Translations under genes and position numbers: made by a program
Shown here: positions 9,693 through 18,917 of the stretch, in pieces
Position numbering within the stretch: the stretch's first letter is position 1
Layout of the letters: each line of letters starts with the position of its first letter
Assembly: GCA_965211995.1 (NCBI GenBank)
Contig: OZ243040.1
Span: forward strand, 1,555,363-1,619,362
Reading direction: 5' to 3'
DNA: 64,000 bases
Source of the DNA: Candidatus Oxydemutatoraceae bacterium
Lineage (GTDB): Bacteria; Pseudomonadota; Gammaproteobacteria; Poriferisulfidales; Oxydemutatoraceae
The notes under the pieces: model-generated
Told to the model about the DNA's origin: nothing
The model's database searches: none
Seen by the model: the letters and a program-made list of their open reading frames with translations, nothing else

Positions 9693-10388
9693 ATGGAGAA
9701 TATGACTCAAAGTCACCCAACTGCCGCCGCGCAGAGACTCAAATTGGAACAAGCCGACTTCACACCCAATCAGGCCGATGCCCTGACTCAAGCCATCGGA
9801 CGACTGGCCACCAAAGGCGAGTTGAACGAGGCGGTGTCGAACCTTGTCACCAAAGACGAGTTCAGGGAAGCCATATCGCACATGGTCACCAAGGATGAAT
9901 TCCTGGAAGCCATATCACACATGGTCACCAAGGATGAATTCCTGGAAGCCATATCGCGCATGGTCACCAAGGATGAATTCTTGGAAGCCATATCGAATAT
10001 GGTCACCAAGGAAGAACTCGCAAGAGTCGAGGCCAGGCTGGACCATATGGCAACCAAGGAAGACCTCGCAAGAGTCGAGGCCAGGCTGGACAACACAGCA
10101 ACCAAGGAAGACCTCGCAAGAGTCGAAGCCAGGCTGGACAACACAGCAACCAAGGAAGACCTCGCAAGAGTCGAGGCCAGGCTGGACAACACAGCAACCA
10201 AGGAAGACCTCCTGAAAATCCAACTGGCAACCAAGGAAGAACTCCTGAAAGTCCAAGTCGATCTGATGAAGTATTTGGACAAGAAGATCTTCCATTTGCT
10301 CATCATGGTGCCGGTGCTCGTGGTCGCCGTGACCGGCGCGATGCTCGCCTTTGCACCGCCGCTGCTCAAACTGCTGTGGGGCGGCTGA
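9693..10388 (+). CDS. coiled-coil repeat protein with C-terminal TM anchor, tentatively DUF1640/CCDC90-like
   Basis: GGAGG 7 nt upstream of the ATG; four 13-aa repeats 'VTKDEFLEAISHM' and four 16-aa repeats 'ATKEDLARVEARLDNT', then hydrophobic tail 'IFHLLIMVPVLVVAVTGAMLAF'. Confidence 0.5.
   Translation: MENMTQSHPTAAAQRLKLEQADFTPNQADALTQAIGRLATKGELNEAVSNLVTKDEFREAISHMVTKDEFLEAISHMVTKDEFLEAISRMVTKDEFLEAISNMVTKEELARVEARLDHMATKEDLARVEARLDNTATKEDLARVEARLDNTATKEDLARVEARLDNTATKEDLLKIQLATKEELLKVQVDLMKYLDKKIFHLLIMVPVLVVAVTGAMLAFAPPLLKLLWGG
9846..10200 (+). repeat. in-frame tandem repeats inside the CDS: 4 x 39 bp followed by 4 x 48 bp
   Basis: 'gtcaccaaggatgaattcctggaagccatatc.cacatg' x4, then 'gcaaccaaggaagacctcgcaagagtcgaggccaggctggacaacaca' x4, near-perfect copies. 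Confidence 0.9.
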
Positions 10389-10581
10389 CGGGTGCTTGCT
10401 GAAACCGGCGCATCGAAAACCGCACGAGCGGCCTACCGATGATTTTGAGCGCAAGGGGTGGGTTTTGTAACCCGCCCGTTTTTTCGGGACTCTATGCCGA
10501 TGGTGTGACGGAATAACGGCCCTGCCATAACAGCCATGCTGTTGATGCGGGCGAACCACGCATCGCGCTCCACGATTTTCC

Positions 10582-12330
10582 ATGAACAAACCCCCGGACA
10601 TTGCCGACGGCGCAGTCACGACGCTGGACGGGCTGTTCCGCCTGCGGGTCGCGCAAACCCCGCAGCAGACGATTGCGTATCACCAGTTCGACGCCGCACG
10701 CGGCGCCTGGCGTGCCTGGCGTTGGGCGGAAGTCGCCGACGAGGTCGCGCGCTGGCGCCGCGCTTTTGAACGGCACGCTCTGAACCCGGGCGAGCGGGTC
10801 GCGGTGATGGCATCCAACTGCGTCGAGTGGATCATTTTCGATCAGGCGGCGCTTGCACTGGGCCTGGTGACGGTACCGCTGTTCAGTGAAGACAACGCAC
10901 GGAATTGCGCGCACATCCTGCGCGACGCCGCGGTGCGGATCACCGTGGTCGGCAATACGCGCCAACTCGCAAAGATCAAAAGCGTGCTCGATGCGCTGCC
11001 CGCGCTCGAACAGATCGTGTGCGTCGCCGACCTCGAGGACGGAGACAAAGGAGCGCGGGTCACCGATCTGCGCGGCTGGCTGTCGCCGCGCGGCAAGTCG
11101 CCGTCCCCCTCCCCGTCGGGCCACGCGGGCGATGATCTGGCGACGATTGTTTACACCTCGGGCACTACGGGCCCCCCGAAAGGCGTGATGCTGACGCACG
11201 CGAACATTCTCAAGAACACGCAGGCATCGAGCCAAGTCGTTGACATCGGGGAGGGCGACATGCTCCTTTCTTTTTTGCCGCTGTCGCATATGTTCGAGAG
11301 AACCGCCGGTTATTACCTGACGATGCTGGTCGGCGCCGAAGTCGCGTTTGCGCGGTCGGTGACGACGCTGATGGAGGACGTCGCGAGGTTCAAGCCGACG
11401 GCGCTGATCTCGGTGCCGAGGATCTACGAGCGGGTGTTCAGCAAACTCAAGGCGAAATTGCGGGGGTCGCCGTTGCGTTACGGCCTGTTCAAACTCACGG
11501 TCGCCGTCGGTCGCCGCCGCACGCGTAACGTTGTGTGCAGAATTTTGTGGCCCGTGCTCGACCGTGCGATGGCGGCACGCATCCGCGCGGTGTTCGGCGG
11601 CCGCATGCGCTATGCGATCAGCGGGGGCGCGCCGCTGCCACCGCTGATCGCGCACACCCTGATCACGCTCGGCGTGCCGGTGTGTCAGGGCTACGGCCTG
11701 ACCGAAACCAGCCCGGTGCTGTCGGTCAACCGGTCCGACGACAACATGCCGGAAAGCGTCGGCACGCCTCTGCCGGGCGTCGAAATCATGATCAGCGACG
11801 ACGACGAGTTGCTGACGCGCAGCGAGTACGTGATGCAGGGCTACTGGAACCAGCCCGATGCGACGCGGCAGGCGATAGACGACGCCGGTTGGTTCCACAC
11901 CGGCGACAAGGCGCGCATAGACGCCGCCGGCAAGGTGCACATCATCGGCAGGATCAAGGAGATTATTGTCATGGGCAACGGCGAGAAAGTGCCGCCCGCC
12001 GACGTCGAGCAGGCGCTGTCGATGGATCCACTGATTGCGCAGGTGATGGTGTGCGGCGAAGGCCGCCCGTTTCTGGTCGCGTGCGTGGTCGCCAACCCCG
12101 ATCAAATGCGCGCGCAAAAAGATCCCGCAAGCGCCGCCGCCGGTCTCAAGCGGCGTTCGGCGAAGTTATTGGAACCGTTTCCGGCGTATGCCCGGGTGAG
12201 GCGGTTCATTTTTGTCGAGGAACCGTGGAGCATTGACAACGGCACGCTCACGCCGACTTTGAAGATGAAGCGGACGGTGATCGCCGAGCGGTGCCGGGAG
12301 CAGATCGAAGAGGCTTACCGGGGGTTTTAG
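10582..12330 (+). CDS. AMP-dependent long-chain acyl-CoA synthetase/ligase
   Basis: 582 aa with AMP-binding motif 'YTSGTTGPPKGVMLTHANI' and 'GYGLTETSP'. Confidence 0.8.
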   Translation: MNKPPDIADGAVTTLDGLFRLRVAQTPQQTIAYHQFDAARGAWRAWRWAEVADEVARWRRAFERHALNPGERVAVMASNCVEWIIFDQAALALGLVTVPLFSEDNARNCAHILRDAAVRITVVGNTRQLAKIKSVLDALPALEQIVCVADLEDGDKGARVTDLRGWLSPRGKSPSPSPSGHAGDDLATIVYTSGTTGPPKGVMLTHANILKNTQASSQVVDIGEGDMLLSFLPLSHMFERTAGYYLTMLVGAEVAFARSVTTLMEDVARFKPTALISVPRIYERVFSKLKAKLRGSPLRYGLFKLTVAVGRRRTRNVVCRILWPVLDRAMAARIRAVFGGRMRYAISGGAPLPPLIAHTLITLGVPVCQGYGLTETSPVLSVNRSDDNMPESVGTPLPGVEIMISDDDELLTRSEYVMQGYWNQPDATRQAIDDAGWFHTGDKARIDAAGKVHIIGRIKEIIVMGNGEKVPPADVEQALSMDPLIAQVMVCGEGRPFLVACVVANPDQMRAQKDPASAAAGLKRRSAKLLEPFPAYARVRRFIFVEEPWSIDNGTLTPTLKMKRTVIAERCREQIEEAYRGF

Positions 12331-12566
12331 CGGGGAATCGCCCTTGTGCGCCGCCTGAAAAAGCCGCCTGGATTGATCGGACGCAGGGCAATTATAGGGA
12401 AGTTAGGCAGTTTAGGGTTTTTTGATAACTTGGCTAACTTCGGTATAAACCGGCTGTTGTGGACTCCATCAGAAACCCGTATGCGCCCGGAGCAGGGGTT
12501 GCTCCCCCGGAATTGGCTGGTCGCCGGGAAATCCTTGAAGCGATGCGAATTGCATTGGAGCGGGTT

Positions 12567-13529
12567 TTACTTCTTTGTTTCATAATTCTCTAAAACTAGT
12601 TGAGCAAAGTGCTCTCCATCAATAAGCACAATATTTTTCCCGGTCGAGTCGTAATAATCGTCAGCTTTTTTTATGGCTTCTTCTGAAATTTTCCCTGACG
12701 TAATTACCATTCCAAGTTGGGTGTCTTCGTGTTTCATGCCTCGAATTAACTGCTCTACAACTTCTGCGCCGGCTGGTGAATCAGGTTGCCAATACTTTGC
12801 TTGAACGGCGACCTTCTGCTCAAACATACCTGCAACCGTAAAGTCTGCAATCACATCAGCCCCTTTATCTTTGCAGCGGGCCACGACCTTAGATTCCTCG
12901 GCTCCCATATTTAGCAGCACCCTTTCAATAAGGCGCTCAAATTCATCAGGATTCATTCTGCCTGTTCTAATCTCTTCAAGCGTTTGCGAAATTAACTTTT
13001 GCTTAAGGTCACTTTCAAATGTGGGCTCATCTCCGGTCTTGGCAATGTTTAAGCAATCCTTAATTTGATCAATTAAGCGAGTGGCATCCGCACTGGTGCC
13101 TCGTATTTTCATCCGTGCAACCAGTGCAGATTTAGCGAATTTTCTTTCGATCGGCTTCTTTTCATTTAGCCACTTTACCGGTCTGCGGTAAGCCGAATCA
13201 TCATCTTTCTTTTCAGGCAAGTATGTTGCCGAACCTATGACTTCAGCGACATAAAACTTTGACCCGCTATGAGGAACGACGACTAAATCCCCTACACCCA
13301 TGTCACGTATAAAGCGCCACATATGTCCAGCTGCGCTGCCTGCTTTTCGAAAATCTGGGTCATCTGGATGATATTTTTTATGGATGATCTCTCTAAACTC
13401 CATCCATTTTAGACCCTTATCTAAGAGCCCTTCCGCATCAGCCCAACCGATAATTAATTGGTTTGATTCAAGCGCTTCTTGAACGCAATCTTTCCCGCTT
13501 GGAGATATTCTAAGAATGAATGCTTTCAT
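12567..13529 (-). CDS. Mrr-type PD-(D/E)xK restriction endonuclease with an N-terminal PUA/EVE-like domain (putative modification-dependent nuclease)
   Basis: Low-GC gene. C-terminal 'GADVIADF...FEQKVAVQAKYW' is the Mrr_cat D-(E/Q)xK motif; the N-terminal ~150 aa are beta-rich with 'GDLVVVPHSGSKFYVAEVIG', resembling a PUA-like reader fold. Confidence 0.6.
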   Translation of the reverse strand: MKAFILRISPSGKDCVQEALESNQLIIGWADAEGLLDKGLKWMEFREIIHKKYHPDDPDFRKAGSAAGHMWRFIRDMGVGDLVVVPHSGSKFYVAEVIGSATYLPEKKDDDSAYRRPVKWLNEKKPIERKFAKSALVARMKIRGTSADATRLIDQIKDCLNIAKTGDEPTFESDLKQKLISQTLEEIRTGRMNPDEFERLIERVLLNMGAEESKVVARCKDKGADVIADFTVAGMFEQKVAVQAKYWQPDSPAGAEVVEQLIRGMKHEDTQLGMVITSGKISEEAIKKADDYYDSTGKNIVLIDGEHFAQLVLENYETKK

Positions 13530-13556
13530 TTTCCAAGTCCCTTGGTTAAGTTGAAT

Positions 13557-14426
13557 TCAGGCGAATAGCTTTTTCAGCCATGTAAAAACGCCGGGATAAT
13601 GTTGCAAATCCAGCACGAACTCCTGACCGATTTTTGCAGAGTCCAGAAGCGTAAATTTATTGCCTTTGACTTTCTTCCAGTTCGTCATTCTTTTGTTATA
13701 ACTTAAAGCAAGTTCCTCGCTTTTTGGATAAAAACAGATCGGCAGTTCCCAAACTGATTTGTTGTTTTGGGTCATATCAGTCAGAATCTGTATCGGCTTA
13801 ACCTTATTAAAAACACCATAGCCCGCTTGATTGGAATTGATTTTAGAGGGTAAGGCTCGACTGCCCACATAAACGGTGTTTTTCTTGTTGTCTATGCCGC
13901 ACAAATGGGGATGATGTTTGAGCCATGGATATTTTTTAAGAACGTCTTTCTCTTTGCCATATATCGGGATTACTTCTTCAACGAACAGCCATCCGTATAT
14001 TGCGTGCATATTTATCGAATCCCGCTTGAACTTCCAAGTTCCCCCGTGTTTCTCTATTTCTCTGAACCAGCCGAAGTAAATAAACAGATCCCCCACCCCG
14101 ACACCGGCATTTTCCAAATGCCCTTGGGCGGCACCCACTTGTCCGAATGCCCCTTTCCAACCTTTCGGTCTATTCGCAAGGAGTCGCCGGTCTATGTCGG
14201 GATCGAGATGAACATATTTCGAAACCCCAGATTTCTTCTTTCCTGTCAGGCTTTGAACAATATCAACTATGTCATAACCTTTTACATTCAGATCATTTAA
14301 TCTCGTCGGTGAACGTGAGGCTGGAATCGGCAGAGAAACCATTCCCCCATCTGGAAGTATCGGACTTGGTATTCCCCCATTGGAAGAATCGAATCCTTTT
14401 CTGCTTAGAATGATTTTCATCTGCAC
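13557..14426 (-). CDS. hypothetical protein (289 aa) encoded immediately upstream of the Mrr-like nuclease; no recognisable family
   Basis: Low-GC ORF, co-directional with the nuclease gene 27 bp downstream; N-terminus 'MKIILSRKGFDSSNGGIPSPILPDGGMVSLPIP'; a second PUA-like-looking segment 'GDLFIYFGWF...HAIYGWLFVEEV'. Confidence 0.5.
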   Translation of the reverse strand: MQMKIILSRKGFDSSNGGIPSPILPDGGMVSLPIPASRSPTRLNDLNVKGYDIVDIVQSLTGKKKSGVSKYVHLDPDIDRRLLANRPKGWKGAFGQVGAAQGHLENAGVGVGDLFIYFGWFREIEKHGGTWKFKRDSINMHAIYGWLFVEEVIPIYGKEKDVLKKYPWLKHHPHLCGIDNKKNTVYVGSRALPSKINSNQAGYGVFNKVKPIQILTDMTQNNKSVWELPICFYPKSEELALSYNKRMTNWKKVKGNKFTLLDSAKIGQEFVLDLQHYPGVFTWLKKLFA

Positions 14427-14632
14427 TTGCCGAGCGTTTTACACTTTATGCGCGTCCCTTTAGAGGGCTGGCATCTTTCAGATGGTTTTAGACGCTCACC
14501 TCTTCTACATCTGCTGCAAACTTTAGAGGGGGGCATTTTTTAGCCCGTTTTAGAATTTCTAAAACTTCTTCATAAACCTTCTTACGTTCAGGTTGTCGTT
14601 CAAGTTGTGAGGAGGATATCTTTATACGCCGT

Positions 14633-15742
14633 TTGCCATTTCCTCCGTACATATACTCATGTAGTTTTGGGGCGATTTTTTTAACAAAATCTCCTTTCTC
14701 TACCGTTCGCTGCCTCAGAACCTTGTGCCACCTGCCGAAACATCCGAACGGCATCGCGGTCAGGGAGTTGCGCCGGAGATTGCGCAACGACAGATTCGAG
14801 ATCAGCATCCGCACCCTGCAACGCGACCTGCGCGATTTGTCCGTCGCTTTTCCCATCACCGCCGAGGAGCAGGGGCGCCGCCTGGTTTGGTGCTGGTCTC
14901 GCGACGCCACGCTTTTTTCGATCCCGTCCATGGACGCCTACACCGCGCTGACTTTTATGCTGGCCGAGTCACATCTGGCCGAGTTGTTTCCCGCAAGCAT
15001 CGGCTCGGGCCTTAAGCCGTACTTCGATGCGGCGCGGAAGGTTCTGAAGAAAAGCGGGAGAGGCCATCTGAGCGAGTGGAAAAGGAAAGTCAGAGTTATT
15101 CCGCGCAGCCAGTCGCTGATGCCGGCACGCATACGCCCGCGGGTGAACCACGCGGTACACGACGCGCTGCTGCGGGACAAGCGGCTGCACGTCCGGTACC
15201 GGGCACGCGACGCATCGCAGGACGACGAGTGGGAAATCAACCCTCTTGCGCTCGTGCATCGCCACGGGGTGAGTTACCTGGTTTGCACTTCAGAAAAAGA
15301 TCGCAACGTCAGGCAACTGGCATTGCACCGTTTTCGCACAGCCAGGGTGCTGGACAAAGCGATTGTAAAACCGATCGGAGTTGATCTGAGCGAGTTTTGG
15401 CAATCAAAGCCGTTCGATTATCCCACCGGCGGCAAAATTGATTTGGACGTGTTGTTTGACGCCGGGGTTGCGAAACACTTGCGGGAAACCCCGCTCGGCC
15501 CGGCAGCCGCCAGCCGCCAGCCGGTTGCGAAACACTTGCGGGAAACCCCGCTCGGCCCGGGGCAGAGTTTGTGCAAGCATCCCGGCGGACGAACGAGATT
15601 AAGGATCAATATCGAAAGCACTTCTCAACTGCGCTGGTGGTTGTTGGGTTTCGGCAATTACGCCGAGGTCGTCGGCCCCAGGGAACTGAGAGCCGAGTTC
15701 ACGCGGATAGCACGGGGCCTCGGCGAGATGTATTCGCTGTAA
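14633..15742 (+). CDS. WYL-domain transcriptional regulator (HTH-WYL-WCX, BrxR/CapW-like)
   Basis: HTH 'GIAVRELRRRLRNDRFEISIRTLQRDLRDL'; WYL core 'LHVRYRARDASQDDEWEINPLALVHRHGVSYLVCTSEKDRNVRQLALHRF'; divergent from the minus-strand operon; start uncertain (an alternative TTG further downstream is possible); internal 57-bp in-frame duplication at 15467-15580. Confidence 0.7.
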   Translation: MPFPPYIYSCSFGAIFLTKSPFSTVRCLRTLCHLPKHPNGIAVRELRRRLRNDRFEISIRTLQRDLRDLSVAFPITAEEQGRRLVWCWSRDATLFSIPSMDAYTALTFMLAESHLAELFPASIGSGLKPYFDAARKVLKKSGRGHLSEWKRKVRVIPRSQSLMPARIRPRVNHAVHDALLRDKRLHVRYRARDASQDDEWEINPLALVHRHGVSYLVCTSEKDRNVRQLALHRFRTARVLDKAIVKPIGVDLSEFWQSKPFDYPTGGKIDLDVLFDAGVAKHLRETPLGPAAASRQPVAKHLRETPLGPGQSLCKHPGGRTRLRINIESTSQLRWWLLGFGNYAEVVGPRELRAEFTRIARGLGEMYSL

Positions 15743-15753
15743 GCAAGGTGCTC

Positions 15754-18501
15754 TCACCCCGTCCAGCCAAGTCCCGCCGCCACGCAGTTAATTGACAACA
15801 GCAGCGCGACCAGTTTTTCCTGATGGCTGCTCTCATCGGTCACGTCCATGCCGCGCAACTCGGAGATCAAGCGCACCTGTTCAAACCCGGCTTGATCCAC
15901 CATCGGCAGGCGTCTTTCGAGGCGGCGCCCGAAGCGCGGGAATCTCTCGCACAGGTGTTTTTTGCCGGTAATGCTGAGCAGCATTTCCGCGCTCAGGCGG
16001 TACTCGTCCTTGATCAGGCCGAAGATCTTGTCGCGCACGCCGGTGTCGGGCACCATCTCCGCGTAAGCGGCGGCGATATCAAGATTGACCTGCGGCAGGT
16101 TCTTTTCGACTTCGTTGGCGATCAGGCGAAACAAAGGGCAGTCCCGCAGCATCGTGCGCAGCAACGCAAGCGCGCCTTCATGTTCCGACACCAAGGTCCG
16201 CACCGCGGAACCGAAGCCGAACCAGCCGGGCACCATCATTCGGTTCTGCGACCACGCGAACACCCAGGGGATCGCGCGCAGGTCGTCGAGCGTGCCGGCG
16301 CCAAAGCGCTGTGCCGGGCGCGACCCGATCTTCAGCAGCGCCAACTCCCCGACCGGACTCGCCGCCTGATAGAACATAAGCAGTCCTTTCTGATCAGCCA
16401 ATCGGCGGTAGGCCGCGAACGAAGCGGCGGACAAGGTTTCCATCGCCGCATCGAATTCGCTGTTGCGCGTCAGCCGCCGGTCAACGCCGGACAGCAGGCT
16501 GTGTTCAAGCGCCGACGCGCACAGCATTTCCAGTTGATGCTCGGCGGTGCCCAGGTTCGCGAACTTTGCAGACACCACTTCGCCCTGTTCGGTCACCCGC
16601 ATTCTGCCGTTGACCGTGAACGGCGGCTGCGCGGCAATTGCGTCCTCGATCGGGGCGCCGCCGCGGCTGCTCGAACCGCCGCGCCCGTGGAAAAAAGACA
16701 CCGCGACGCCGTGCTCACGGCCGACGGCGTGCAGCCGTTGCTGCGCCTTGCCGGTCTCCCAGTTCGAGCAGACGAAGCCGCCGTCCTTGTTGGAGTCCGA
16801 ATACCCGACCATGATCTCCTGCACGCCGCCGAGCGAGTCAAGCGTGCGGCGCACGGCGTCCGCCGTCAGGATTTCCGCAAGAATGTCCGGCCCCTTGCGC
16901 AGATCGTTGATGGTTTCGAGCAGCGGCACCACCGCGATGCGGCACGCGCCGGCGTTGAATAATCCGGCGAACTTCGCGAGCAGATAGACGTTCAAAACGT
17001 CCGCGCCTGAGCGCGTCATGCTCAGGATGAAACTGTTGAACGCGGATTTGTCGAGACGGCCACCGACTTCGGCGACGAGACGGAAGATCTTGAAAGTCTC
17101 GACGGTTTGCCCGGACAATTCAGTGTCCGGAGGCAGGCGCGGGCAGGGCGCGTCGAGCAGTTCCGCCACCCATTTCAGATAGTCGCCGCCGGCTTGCGGC
17201 GGGCGCAGTTCCGCCTTGGCCAAAATCTCCGTCAGGGCCTGATTGATGCGGGTCGAGTTTTCCCTGAGGTCGAGGCTTGCCGTTCTGAAACCGAAGGTCC
17301 GGGCGATGCGGATCAGGCGCAAGACGTAACGGCGGGCGAGGCCGTCGGCGGCCGCGTCGTTCAGACAGCGATACATGATTTCGAGGTCGTCCAGCAATGC
17401 TTCGGCGTCGCGGTAGCCACCGTCGCTTGCGGCGGCGGTGTTTTTGATTTTGGTGATAACGCAGCGCGCGTATTGGCGGAACAACTCTCCGGGGTTGCGC
17501 TTTTCCGTCGCGTCGCGTTCTCCGGAGGCGTCGAGCAACTCGTTCAGGCGCCGCCGAAAATAGCCGGGGACATTGATCGCATGAGCGGCAATGCTCAAAT
17601 GCCTGAGCAGCCCCCTCATTTCCGTTTCCAGGTTGGCGAGGCTGGTCGCACGGTACGTGAACAAAGCCTTGCGCGTGACGTCCGCGGTCACGAACGGGTT
17701 GCCGTCGCGGTCGCCGCCGATCCACGAACCGAAACGCAGCAGCGCCGCGGTTGTCGCGGGCGCCGCCTCGGGGTAATGGGCGGCGAGAGCATCGCAGAGT
17801 TGCTCGTGCACGGTGTTGACCGCTTCAAAGATGGATTCGTGAAAAAAATGGCAGCCCCACGCGATCTCGTCTTCGACCGACGGCTTCTCCAAGCGGATTT
17901 CCCCGGTCATCCACAGCAGGTCTATCTCGTCGCGCAGGCGCAGGATCAATTCGTTGCGCTCCCGCGGCGTCCAGCGCGCGAGTTCGAGTTCTTTCAGCCG
18001 CAGGTAGATGCGCCGGTGTATCTGCAAAACGGTGATGCGCTTGGCTTCGGTCGGATGCGCGGTGATGACCGGCTGTATCAGCGTATCGTTGAGCAGCGCT
18101 TGCACGGTGTCGGCGGTGAGTTCTTTTTCGCGCGCGGCGGCGAACAAACTCATGAACGTGCCATCGTTGCAATCGGCGCCGAGCGAAGTTTCAATCTCGC
18201 GGCGGCGGCGCACGGTCGCGTTCTGCTCGAGGATGTTCAGCAACTGAAACCAGATCCCGCGTGCCTGCAGCGTGTGCAGCAGGTCGAGGTCGCTGCGCGC
18301 GCGCATTTGCCTGCCGGTAAACAACTCTTCTATATGCGGCCGCCGGCGGCGGATAACGTCGAGCAGCAGTTCGTGAAACAGTTGCAGCGTGCGTTCAGCG
18401 TAGGCGATTGAACGCCGGCTGATCTCGGCACGGTCGCGCCCGCGGCGGGGTGCAACCGGTTCGAGGTAGCCGGGATGGTCGCAACGGCGGGTGGCTGTCA
18501 T
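15754..18501 (-). CDS. ppc: phosphoenolpyruvate carboxylase
   Basis: 'VITAHPTEAKR' PEPC signature, ~915 aa; alternative start at 18528 ('MSLRLSLKF'). Confidence 0.9.
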   Translation of the reverse strand: MTATRRCDHPGYLEPVAPRRGRDRAEISRRSIAYAERTLQLFHELLLDVIRRRRPHIEELFTGRQMRARSDLDLLHTLQARGIWFQLLNILEQNATVRRRREIETSLGADCNDGTFMSLFAAAREKELTADTVQALLNDTLIQPVITAHPTEAKRITVLQIHRRIYLRLKELELARWTPRERNELILRLRDEIDLLWMTGEIRLEKPSVEDEIAWGCHFFHESIFEAVNTVHEQLCDALAAHYPEAAPATTAALLRFGSWIGGDRDGNPFVTADVTRKALFTYRATSLANLETEMRGLLRHLSIAAHAINVPGYFRRRLNELLDASGERDATEKRNPGELFRQYARCVITKIKNTAAASDGGYRDAEALLDDLEIMYRCLNDAAADGLARRYVLRLIRIARTFGFRTASLDLRENSTRINQALTEILAKAELRPPQAGGDYLKWVAELLDAPCPRLPPDTELSGQTVETFKIFRLVAEVGGRLDKSAFNSFILSMTRSGADVLNVYLLAKFAGLFNAGACRIAVVPLLETINDLRKGPDILAEILTADAVRRTLDSLGGVQEIMVGYSDSNKDGGFVCSNWETGKAQQRLHAVGREHGVAVSFFHGRGGSSSRGGAPIEDAIAAQPPFTVNGRMRVTEQGEVVSAKFANLGTAEHQLEMLCASALEHSLLSGVDRRLTRNSEFDAAMETLSAASFAAYRRLADQKGLLMFYQAASPVGELALLKIGSRPAQRFGAGTLDDLRAIPWVFAWSQNRMMVPGWFGFGSAVRTLVSEHEGALALLRTMLRDCPLFRLIANEVEKNLPQVNLDIAAAYAEMVPDTGVRDKIFGLIKDEYRLSAEMLLSITGKKHLCERFPRFGRRLERRLPMVDQAGFEQVRLISELRGMDVTDESSHQEKLVALLLSINCVAAGLGWTG

Positions 18502-18610
18502 GAACTTGAGGCTCAACCGCAAAGACAAACCCGCCGACGCCGCGGATTCCCGACGACGACACGGGCGGGAATGACGACGCGGATGCCTGCGCGAAAGTCA
18601 AAAGACGTCA

Positions 18611-18832
18611 TCACTGCGCCCCTTCGCTCGACGTCTGCGGAGGCAACAGCAGGCGGATGATATCGAGCAGCAGTGCGTGAAACAGTTGCAGCGTGCGTTC
18701 AGCGCAGGCGATTGAACGCCGGCTGATCCCGGCACGGTCGCGCCCGCGGCGGGGTGCAACCGGTTCGAGGTAGCCGGGATGGTCGCAGCGGCGGGTGGCT
18801 GTCATGAACTGGGGACTCAATTGCAAAGACAA
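18611..18832 (-). pseudogene. truncated ppc N-terminal copy (repeat unit 2)
   Basis: Encodes 'MSLQLSPQFMTATRRCDHPGYLEPVAPRRGRDRAGISRRSIACAERTLQLFHALLLD', then runs out of frame. Confidence 0.6.
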
Positions 18833-18917
18833 ACCCGCCGACGCCGCGGATTCCCGACGACGACGGCACGGGTGGGAATGACGACGCGGACGCCTGCGCG
18901 AAAGTCAAAAGACATTA

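Noticed and set aside
9846-10200. Considered whether the regular short repeats here, and at 48700-49200 and 51050-51560, could be a CRISPR array
   Set aside because: The repeats are in-frame within coding genes and abut one another without unique spacers.
10492-12117. 541-aa antisense ORF inside the acyl-CoA synthetase gene
   Set aside because: There is no recognisable domain and it is Arg/Ala-rich, as expected for GC-rich antisense reading. The sense strand has clear AMP-binding motifs.
14488-14931. 147-aa minus-strand ORF whose 3' part lies in the AT-rich WYL promoter region; possible small third gene of the island 1 operon
   Set aside because: Most of it is antisense to the WYL regulator. 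Only ~55 codons fall in the intergenic region, and they have no motif or convincing RBS. It stays unresolved and is not called.
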